Shown here: piece by piece, positions 48,601-57,245 of the stretch
Layout: every line of letters starts with the position of its first letter
How positions within the stretch are numbered: the first letter of the stretch is position 1
NCBI GenBank assembly: GCA_002104905.1
Contig: MCFE01000176.1
Coordinates: 62,001 to 126,000, forward strand
Length of the DNA: 64,000 nt
Direction of reading: 5' to 3'
Source: Basidiobolus meristosporus CBS 931.73
Taxonomy: Eukaryota > Fungi > Basidiobolomycota
Made by a program: the position numbers and the translations under genes
Notes under the pieces: generated by a model
Told to the model about the DNA's origin: nothing
Database searches by the model: none
The model's input: the letters and a program-made list of their open reading frames with translations, nothing else

Positions 48601-49097
48601 GAGACAGCCGCATTGGCGTCAAGGACACCCGAGGCAAGTGGGAAATCGTGTGCGGTAGGTGCCAAAGAAAACAAGGATTCCTCCTCGACCAGCTCCTCTT
48701 GGGCCTCACGCTCGATGATTTCCTCGACCTCCTCATCTTTGATCAAAAGCTCGAAATCAGAGTACTGAGGGAATTTGGCGATGTGCACCGGGATACGCTT
48801 GTCGCGGCAGCGATTGAAGATCTTCAGGGCAGCGATCTTCTCGCTGGCAGAGGCCAGGACCAAAGCAGCCTTATCTAAATCCTCCTGCTGGAATTGGCGC
48901 TGGATGTGTTGAACCCTGCCCTCCAACGAGCTGTCCAGGCCATTGGATGAAATCAGGGTGACATTGGCGCCGGATTCTAAAGCAAGATTGGCTTTTTTCA
49001 CTGCACCACTATCTGAACCTAACACCAAGACCTCTTTATCGGTTAAGTGCCATCCAACTGGGAAAGAAGCAGGGTGATTGGGGGCAATGACAGTCAT
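45612..49097 (-). CDS. MET10: Sulfite reductase flavoprotein alpha subunit with extra N-terminal CysG/Met8-like domain, 1161 aa, intronless
   Basis: PFOR-like region, ENRRLTP..FHLE.D, RHYSIASS, MAGLGTGMAPF, YLCGPTWP, C-terminal YILEVY as in yeast Met10. Confidence 0.93.
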   Translation of the reverse strand: MTVIAPNHPASFPVGWHLTDKEVLVLGSDSGAVKKANLALESGANVTLISSNGLDSSLEGRVQHIQRQFQQEDLDKAALVLASASEKIAALKIFNRCRDKRIPVHIAKFPQYSDFELLIKDEEVEEIIEREAQEELVEEESLFSLAPTAHDFPLASGVLDANAAVSYVAYALSDIAFVYPVVPSGHLGEQAEAWSREGRHNAFGKTVKTLRMDTRSGAGTAVLGASSNGANVSILTGSRAILHMIPNMYTLADSKVPVVFHVSTQGFDENLYAYGDNFDVMTARQTGFALLSSSSAQEAYDFAVIAHVASAITQTPVLHFFDGVRIAREQTKIDIAQPAELVSFYEGLVNNDASFNSVAEAIAEVMSKFGTLFGRKYQPVEYFGAEDATDVIVHVGSASSIIEKTVETLNQESKKYGFLSVRLYRPWCVEQILALLPKSAKNVIVLEQTANATTPLLQDFSATLQQSKELRDQKPRLISGKFGGVTNFTPATVQTIYEQASLVNAIDFNDAAFSDASELSIQGGVKQAIFWDTLSSGTLKAASSLNRVFEHSQVHTTYDSYSNGGVAFTELRHSAEAAQFLSYPIQQADYIGIHDDSILDKYNFLSAAKSATQVVINTPLRGEELENKLPGSFKKEALKVRPELYVLDASKVLSELGLDKDLTVVVLQAAYLQLQGHAQIAEALSQQYLNKQGVEGLFRDIVDKVEQELTSVELPATWAEVEVEEEADLPNKVNVGLATEASVESESGFTEVKNWHTSAWQLMFQEAYETRKDNHEEKTFIITITENRRLTPLSYDRNVFHLEMDTTGTGLKYEIGDALGVHGHNDTAETLEFLQFYGLNPDDIVSVKKEIDSEQSESRTMLQLFTQHLDIFGRPSKRFYETLATFAKDPKEKERLEFLISSEGSAEFKQRVSDTVTYADILREFTSAHPEIDDLVQMVPPIKPRHYSIASSMKAHPNSVHLLVVLVDWTTTSGAARVGQCTRFLSQSKVGDKLTVSIKPSVMKLPPRDEQPVIMAGLGTGMAPFRAFIQERAYYKAQGRKVGPMALYFGSRFRGSEYLYGEELEAYHAEGLLTHLQLAFSRDQKQKIYIQHKMQEDSQLLHKYMLEEDGHFYLCGPTWPAGDVKDAMVSSFVENAGITEAQANNKISELKELEKYILEVY

Positions 49098-49245
49098 TTT
49101 AGTATACAATTAGGATGGTAGACGAGTGGCTGTACACTTTGCAAGGGAATGGAGGTCAAGAGAAATGAATGTCAGTGCTGAAGAACCACTCCCTCCTCAG
49201 GATTATATATTCCATGGCCAGTACCACTTCGATCAGTAGTGCTCC

Positions 49246-49253
49246 ATGACTCA
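49246..49253 (+). promoter_or_regulatory. Gcn4/CpcA (AP-1-like) site upstream of MET10
   Basis: ATGACTCA ~150 nt upstream of the MET10 ATG; single site. Confidence 0.4.
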
Positions 49254-49818
49254 AGCTCAGTGATGGTGTGATATTGTATAAGCACCGCTCGAAATAACGC
49301 AATCTGACCCACTTCCTAGATTGGTAGTCCCGCTTAAACTATTAGCACCATTTGCCAATTGAAGGCGCCACTTGGGACTGCTTATTTATTGACAGTTAAT
49401 TCAATATGTGTGGGGTGAAGTCAACCATCGCCGAAGACAATAAATGCATTGGAAATCACGCACTGAATCTGCGCATTTGCTCTCTCCCATTATACAACCA
49501 TATTCCTAACCATATCCCTAACCCTAATGAAAAAGCTCGAAATCGCTCCTTTGAATCACGCCATGGCTGCCCAATCAGGGGCCCCGTAGTAATTTAGATC
49601 GATCCGCTCCAACCACTTTCTATCTCTTGCAATCAAGATGCCAATCTAATCATTGTTCACTTGGATTTCCCTTAAACCCCCCAATCATCCGATCGCTTAG
49701 AGCAAATTCCTGGTTAGCAGTAGGTTTAACCATCCATTTGTGGCTTAAAGTTCACCTTCACATATAGCCAAAATGTGATTCGGGCGGCAGGCCTTGTTTT
49801 TTTCTCGCTGCTTTAGTG

Positions 49819-50621
49819 ATGGCACGTCGCTCACAACAACAACGCCACGCCCGGGCGGCGAAATCCCCGACTGAACCCGTCGAGGAGACCAAGGTGGAGG
49901 TTGTCGAGGAAAGCAGATGGAGAGCGCTGGGAAGATCGTTCATGCTTCTAGTCATGGGGGGCTTCTTTTGCTTCTACGGACACCTCGCCTTTTCCACGGT
50001 TTGCTTCTTTTCCGGGTTTACAGTTCTCGGTAACAACAAGAAACACTCCGTCATCCTGACCAACTAGCCCTCTAACCCTCCTTTTCCTTGCTATGTTTAG
50101 GCGCCGTGACTCGGATCGCATGCTTTCAAGTGCTGGGAGCACCGAAAACCTCCACGCAGTCAACCAACTACAATTCTCTTGCCCTCATCGTGGGCTTGTT
50201 TGGTGGGCAATTCCTCCATCTTTCCGAACGCCTAAGCTTCGGATGTATAGGGGCATTGGGAGGGTTCTTCTTCGGGCTCTATCTGTTGTGTGCAGCCAGA
50301 TACACTAACCTGGTTCCAGCCAGCTCTCGTCTGGCCCTGATTTTCAGCTTTGTGATGACGGGGATCCTGACCACCTCTCAGATGGAGACAACCTACGTCG
50401 CCTTCTCCACCGCCTTCACTGGGGCCTTTGTTCTGGTCTACGGGATGGACGGGTTTCTCCGAACCGGGATTGAGCAGTACCTGACGAAACACATCGTAGG
50501 ATTTTCCACCGAAACCGAGAACGAACTCCAGAGCAGCAACAAGCTCGCGTATTACAGCCTGTTGTCCCTGGTGATCCCATTCTTCTGGCTCGGTTGTCTG
50601 TCGCAATTAGAGAAATCTTGA
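49819..50621 (+). CDS. Multi-pass membrane protein, TM7S3/TMEM198-like (DUF4203); intron 50030-50100
   Basis: GGFFCFYG, GALGGFFFGL, STAFTGAFVLVYGMDGF; GT..CTAAC..AG intron keeps frame. Confidence 0.75.
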
Positions 50622-50862
50622 TCCCATCCGTTTTGTAGCCTATGTAATCTATTCAAGCGCCTCCATTTGACACCACACACGTATCCCGATCTTCTTTGTC
50701 CTCTTTATTTACACTGATACATTGGCGAGGCTGCTCCTCAATCTCGTCTCAAACCAAAAGATAAAAATCCCTTACTGTGACATATATCTGTACCAAGTCG
50801 CACGATTCCCCGGGAAATCAGGGTCTCTAGCAAGGTCAAATAAGGGTCGCATATTTGCCACC

Positions 50863-51691
50863 TCAACTGAAATGGCCCCGTTGGCGTTTCCCATTCCTCT
50901 GCGAGGAGTGCATCATATTCACCACACCGCTAGCTAGCTGTGTCTTGGACGGGACCTCGTACTCTGGGCACAGTAGTTCACAAAACCGCTGGAAGTAAGG
51001 GTTTTCCAGAAACGACCAGGGCACGTCTTCGCTCACCAACGCTTTGATCAGCGACTCGTCTATCTCGCGTGTCATGGAGGTTCGAGGAGTGAAAAAGCTG
51101 CCGCTGTTGCTTGAGGGGGCTGATTGTATATGTGGGGTCAAGTTGTTTCTAGATGCACTCATCCCCCTGAGTGACGAGTCGGTCTGTGGCTGCGGTTGTG
51201 GTTGTGGTTGCGGCACGTTCGGTGCGGAAAGGTTATCCTCGCTGTCGGAATCGGCCGCTTCCTCGGCTGAGAGTTGGAAATGTGTTGGCTGAACCAAAGA
51301 GGGGGATTCTAGTAGCGAATTGTCTGCCGACTGAAACGATTGTCCACCAGCGATGGAGTTTGGAAAAGCCATCGAGGGGGAAACCCCGAAGGCGGAATTT
51401 CCGGGCTGTGGGCCTCGCGCATTACTCGTGCGAGACACCTCTTCGCGTACATCGATAGGCACTTGGCCAGAGCATATCTATCGTAGATCAAAGATTAATT
51501 CACGTTATATAACTCGCGTTGAGTGATTTTCCTTCGCCACGGAACTCAGGAATCCCTACCGCTAGATGCCTCTCCATACGCTGAGGATTGGGGGCGAATA
51601 CCCGTTGACAGTAGGAGCATTTCGCCCTGGGCTTCTGCCCTTCCGTTACCTCCTCGTAATATTTCCAGATCTGATATTTTGGGCGTGGCAT
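50863..51691 (-). CDS. BED zinc finger plus hAT (Hermes-type) DNA-binding segment, no catalytic domain, 248 aa; intron 51478-51559
   Basis: IWKYY..AKCSYC..RMERHLA|IC (splicing completes CxxC..HxxxC); LIKALVSEDVPWSFLENPYFQRFCELLCPEYEVPS. Confidence 0.8.
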
Positions 51692-51780
51692 TGTTTCTAA
51701 CTCGTTCGGAGGGGTAAAAGATGCGATTGTCCAAACCAAACCATAAAATAGCCATCTGGTGATGGGCACTGATTGGTTCG

Positions 51781-51826
51781 GGTGTAAGTTACACGTAACA
51801 TTATCACCCCTGACGTAACTTACACC
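51781..51826. repeat. 12-bp perfect inverted repeat upstream of the BED gene
   Basis: GGTGTAAGTTAC (51781-51792), N22, GTAACTTACACC (51815-51826). Confidence 0.85.
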
Positions 51827-52027
51827 ATGGGTGGTGGTTGCTCACGACGGGCGAAATGCGGTTGGGATGAGAAGGGTTGAGGCTAGCGATCAAAAGCATA
51901 GGTCAACAACCATGAGGGCCTTTATTACGCACGCAAGAGATGATGTGGAAAAGAATGTATGTGACAAATGACATTGAGTTGATTTGGTTTGGTTTGGGTA
52001 GTTCTATGCTGTATAAATTTCCCCGAG

Positions 52028-53000
52028 TTAAGCACGCACAGGGGATCGAATCACTCGACCATGAACCTTGTCCCAATCCACGGATTGCCAGAATGCTTGA
52101 ATGTATTGCTCCTTCCCGTCAACCCCGAAGTCAACGACGTACGCATGCTCCCACATGTTGAGTGCGAGGATGGGGGCGTAGGCGCCAGTGGGCTTTTGGG
52201 TTGATACCTTGTCACTCGAGGGGTCGGTGGTTTCTTCGACACTGCTGGTGTTGGCGTCGAATTGCTGAAGACGTCCAGTGGTGATTGGATTGCCAGAGTT
52301 GAGAGTGTTTACAATACGCAGAACGCCACGTTCATCCTCAACCAACCTAGACACGCTGGGGTTAATCATGAGGCTATTAGGGGATCGTACGTAGGGAACT
52401 CAATACCAAGTCCAGCCGCTGCCGAAGATAGAGGAGGCAGCTTTGGTGAACTGCTCCTGGAAGTTCTCAAAACTGCTGAAATGACGAGCAATCTTTGCCT
52501 TAAGATCCGCTTTGATGGGCCTGGGCTCGGCAGTCTAGAAAATACTGTTAGCAAAAGGCTTGGGCTTGCTTAGTGGCGTATGTCTGCATTTACCAGAGTT
52601 TGAAGGAAGAAATCGGTGTTCCAAGCTTGAGAGGCATAGTTGTAAATGGCGGCCTTGGAGGGCTGCTTGTAGGTCATAAGCATGGTTTCGAATACGTTCT
52701 GGTCCTCGTGCTCGGTACCTAAGGGAAAGTTTGTGAGCAATGTTGTCGACACACTACGGGTGCATTCTCCTCTGGCTTTCCCGCGTACATACCAGCAACA
52801 AGAGTGTTAAGACGGTCAATAAGCTTTTGTTGGTTCTTGGCGTACACAACACCCAAAGCTCTGGAGGAGAACAATGGCTTGAGACCTTGCTCGGCAGAGT
52901 AAGGAAGAGGAGTCAGCTCATGAAGAAGACTCTTCTGTTGACGTTGGAGTGGTCTAGCAACCTTGCCGCAGAGTTGGCCCAAAGAACGTGCACGAAACAT
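52028..53000 (-). CDS. Fe/Mn-SOD-fold mitochondrial small-subunit ribosomal protein (mS42/mS43, Rsm26/Mrp1-like); 3 introns
   Basis: Targeting peptide; FGSGWTW, LNMWEHAY; metal ligands substituted. Confidence 0.75.
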
Positions 53001-53400
53001 TTTCCACCAAGCCGAACGATACAAGAAAACAACTAAGTATCTGCCGAAGATAGATTCACTCCAGTATTTCTGCGAGCACCCACCAAATGGCAAAAATTTT
53101 AGTGACCTCCATGGCTCCTCGGTGCTGAAAAAACACCGAGGTTTGGGGAAATCATCGGATTTGATGGCCCTTCTCGTTGATGGGCAAATTGAGGAAATGT
53201 TTGCACAATATATGTCGAAAAAAAATCAGCGGTTTATCTCGCGGGGTCACGTGGGGGAGCAATTTTTGTTCACGAAATAGTTGCGTACACTACGTCGATA
53301 CATCTAATTGGGGTCTTTTTTTCAAGGTTTTTTGTTGAGTTGTTTCTCTTCGAAGTTACGTCTAGTCAGAGCTTCGATCTTCAGAGGAATTGCATTCAAG

Positions 53401-54563
53401 ATGGTACGTCCCTCTATGCTACACTTTTTTGTGGGTCGAAACCACTCGACGGAAATCTCGTACAGACAATCCTATTTGACGCGTGATAGCTTTGTTATGG
53501 ACGATGATTTGCTCCGGAGAGGGATGGTCGCCAAACACGTATGCAGCCACTAATCACCCGCTTTCCTCCTCTAGTCGGTCTCAAAAGGCTCAAAGATGTT
53601 GAATCTCATCAACTATAGACTCCGGATCACCTTGTCCGACTCTCGAGTCTTGATAGGTCAGATGCTTGCTTTCGACAAACATATGAACTTGGTTTTAGCC
53701 GATTGCGAAGAGTTTCGTAAAATCAAGATCAAGAGTGGCACCAAGGTTCCCCAAGGGCAACCCGATATGGAGGAGAAGAGAACTCTAGGTCTTGTTATTA
53801 TCAGAGGCGAGATTGTTGTGAGCTTGAGCGTTGAAGGTCCACCACCACCTTCCGTCGATGATCAAAAGATTAGACTATCTCAGGTTAGCACCAGTGTACT
53901 ATACTTTTCTCGTGTGTTGTTGACATCCGTCTAACGCTAATGTTTCTTGTAAAGCTTGCTGCTGGCCCAGGCATTGGTAGACCTGCCGGTAGAGGTCTTC
54001 CGGTTGCGCCTCCTGGTATGGTGCCCATGGGTATGTATATTCAGTGTATCTAGCCTCTCGACCACAGCCATTAAAGTTGCTTCTTTGTAGGTCTTGGTGG
54101 ACCCGTTCGCGGCGTTGGAGGCCCAGCCCCATCAATGATGATGCCTCGTGGACCCAATGCTCCCGCTGCTTCTGCTGCTCCTGTATCATATGGTCGCCCA
54201 CCAATGCCCGGAGCTCCACCTGGCATGCCACCCAGACCTGGTATGCCCCCTGGTCCTCCAATGGGCTTCAGACCCGGTATGCCACCTGCCGGTATGCCTG
54301 GTGGACCACCACCCGGTTACAGACCAGTTCCTCCTGGCATGAGACCACCTGCTGGTATGCCTGGAGCACCCCCCGGTTTCCCCGGACGTGGAGCACCACC
54401 ACCAGGGTAAGCTACAATCCCGTCTTCCCCAACAGCCGATTTGCCAAGTTAACGCTTAACCCACTTTAGATTTGTTCCTGGCCAAGCACCACCACCAGGC
54501 TTCAGACCTGGACCACCACCCGGTGTTAGACCACCTGGCCCACCTCCAGGCCGTGGTCAATAG
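53401..54563 (+). CDS. SMB1: snRNP core protein SmB; ATG-only first exon, 4 introns
   Basis: M|[43 protein letters not shown]; Pro/Gly/Met-rich tail. Confidence 0.93.
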
Positions 54564-54781
54564 TCATATGATGGCTTTATTTTTACAATGGCGTACACCC
54601 ACCTCGATCGAATTTGTCACTAATTCAATAGATGAAATATGTCTTATATGTATCATTCCTATATCAAATAAACCCACAATCTCTGCCAGCTATTTGAGTG
54701 ATGCAGCGTCCATCTAGAGGGACTGGGTTGAGCCGATTAGAACGCCCCACCTGAGGATGTTGCACAAACGATGGAATCTTC

Positions 54782-54838
54782 CCTGGTAGTAGATTGGCTT
54801 TCTATATCCTTTGCCTGGTAGTAGATTGGCTTTCTATA
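54782..54838. repeat. Direct duplication of a 25-bp motif (period 32)
   Basis: CCTGGTAGTAGATTGGCTTTCTATA twice. Confidence 0.9.
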
Positions 54839-55255
54839 GCCTCGAAAACCAAGAATGTGGATATTTAAGTAACGGATTTGGTGAGGACGAGTGGTGCTAC
54901 AATGATGCGTCAGGCAACACCTGGGCCTAATATGATGGCTGCTGAAGTGGTGCAATATACAGCCAACCCCTCAGTGCCCGAGGCCAGCCAATGAAATCCC
55001 AGGAATCACCAAAACAATCGAGGTCAGCATTTCTCATTTGTTTACATGCATATCAACTAACCGGAATTCGAGGGCTTTTAGGTTGTGAAGTGCCGGCCCC
55101 AGTGGTGCATCCCTCTCAACCACCAGAACCTTGTTCGAAGGTGTTTCATACACTTTCCCCTTTGTCTAATAGTTTTTTGAACCTTCTCGTATACATAGCT
55201 TTTAAAACCGTCCTCGTTACCTTGATACCTTGGTCCATTCATTAGAGCTTCGGAA

Positions 55256-56029
55256 ATGGCCTATCTTCGGAGAAAACTAGTCATCGTTGGCGACGGCGCC
55301 TGTGGTAAAACCTGTCTTCTCATGGTCTATGCCAAGAATGAATTCCCAGCTGTACGTAGCCCGGAGCCCGTCCATCAGCACATTGTCTGACTCCCTCTTG
55401 TTTCGTTACTGTAGACCTACGCCCCCACCGTTTTCGAGAATTACGTGGCTCGCGTGCAAGTCAACCGAAAGGTGATCGACCTATCGCTTTGGGATACTGC
55501 TGGTCAGGAGGAGTACGATCGCCTGCGCCCACTCTCTTACCCCGAGACCCACGTGGTGCTCCTGGCGTTTGGCATCGATAACCCCATTTCCTTGAGTAAT
55601 ATCGCCGAAAGGGTAGGTTCACTTGCGTACTTTGCTGCCGACTGGGCAAGAGATTAACGGCCGGTTTGGTTGTAGTGGCACCCGGAGATCGAGCACTTCT
55701 TGAAAAACGTCCCGTTCTTCTTGGTGGGCTGTAAGCAAGACCTTCGTCAAGACACGGCCACCATCAACAGTCTCGCTAGACGAGGTATGGCCCCGGTGAC
55801 GTACCAAGAGGTAAGTTCGCCCGCTTAAACGCATCTTCGTCGTCCCCCTATTCAATTGGCAATTCTGGAACCGCAGGGAGAGACAATGGCCCGCCAAATC
55901 CAGGCACGTCAATACATGGAATGCTCGGCCAAGATCGGGTCGGGGGTCAACGAGGTCTTCGAGACCGCTGCGCGAGCCGCCATCAGCCTCGGAGCCAAAA
56001 AATCGGTGCGAAGCTGTGTCCTGCTGTAA
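55256..56029 (+). CDS. Rho-family GTPase; 3 introns
   Basis: [43 protein letters not shown] box CVLL; subfamily not resolved. Confidence 0.93.
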
Positions 56030-56044
56030 ACGCACCAAACTTGA

Positions 56045-56238
56045 TTGTAGTCACCCACATGATTGATTGATTAGCTGTGTGCTGTTGTAGTCACCCACAC
56101 GATTGATTGATTAGCTGTGTGTTGATATTGTAGTAACCAACATGATTGATTTAAGCCAACTGTAATCACACACCTGATTGATTCAAACCAACTGCGTAGA
56201 CAACATTGTTTAAACCAATTGCGTAGATAACACTGTCC
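56045..56238 (+). repeat. Degenerate tandem array (~6 units of 27-43 bp) in the putative Rho 3' UTR
   Basis: Units start ttgtagtcacccac at 56045 and 56085, then diverge and shorten; AATAAA follows at ~56261. Confidence 0.8.
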
Positions 56239-56506
56239 ATTCATTTCAGATTTTGTTCATAATAAATCTCAGTTCCCCGTCAGCAACGTTCACGATGATC
56301 CCAGATTGAGCACCCACTCGCCCACTACCACTAACCCACTAACCCACTCACCCGCCCATCCAGCATGAAAAAAAATTCGGATCCTGACCAACCCAAACAT
56401 CGGTTACTCGGGACCAGCCGGTGGCCCCGCACACGAATAAATCTTTTGTTGGCCTCGGGAAAGACTCCTTCTTTCCCAACACGCAGACGTGGCAACTAGT
56501 TTGAAA

Positions 56507-57122
56507 ATGGTGAGTGGTTTTCGTTAGCAGCACGGTGGCCATCCAAATCCACTGGCCCATCGGATGCATCCATCTAACTTGGCTTTCTTAGGCTGCCGAA
56601 GCTACCCCTTCCACTAACCCCATGCGCGAATTGCGTATCGAGAAACTTGTCCTCAACATTTGTGTCGGTGAATCTGGTGATAGACTTACCAGAGCCGCCA
56701 AGGTTTTGGAACAATTGACCGGACAAACTCCCGTCTACTCCAAGGCTCGTTACACCGTCCGTTCCTTCAGCATCCGTCGTAACGAAAAGATCGCCGTCCA
56801 CTGCACCGTCCGTGGCCCCAAGGCCGAGGAGATCTTGGAGCGTGGTTTGAAGGTCAAGGAATACGAATTGAAGAAGTCCAACTTCTCCGCCACCGGTAAC
56901 TTCGGTTTCGGTATCCAAGAACATATCGATTTGGGTATCAAGTACGATCCTTCCATCGGTATCTACGGTATGGACTTCTTCGTTGTCTTGGGTCGTCCTG
57001 GTTTCCGTGTTGCTCGCAGAAAGAGATGCCAATCCAAGGTCGGCTTCTCCCACCGTGTTACCAAGGAGGAGACCATGAAGTGGTTCAAGCAGAAGTACGA
57101 TGGTATCATCTTGAACAAATAA
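56507..57122 (+). CDS. RPL11: 60S ribosomal protein uL5 (L11); ATG-only first exon, intron 56510-56591
   Basis: [45 protein letters not shown]. Confidence 0.97.
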
Positions 57123-57245
57123 GCTGCTTCTTTATTCCTTTTATCGCATTCGTGAGCGTGATAAATAAAGGCTGTTCATAACAAATGCGAGCTTTATTCA
57201 CAATTTTGGTGGAGATCTATAAGGATAATGATAATATAAATATTA

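Noticed and set aside
51669-51677. ATCTGATAT as an iron box at the BED gene
   Set aside because: Single, inside coding sequence; within background expectation (similar isolated hits occur in the TE block)
52028-53000. Functional Fe/Mn superoxide dismutase
   Set aside because: Metal ligands substituted
53524-53574. Alternative SmB start MVAKH with a 36-nt intron
   Set aside because: Intron very short; ATG|GTACGT at 53401 gives the more typical MSVSKGSKM start (not excluded without RNA data)
56045-56238. CRISPR-like array
   Set aside because: No constant repeat with unique spacers, units drift progressively, eukaryotic context, no cas genes
53401-56591. ATG-only first exons in SmB and RPL11 as unusual
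   Set aside because: Common arrangement in fungal housekeeping genes
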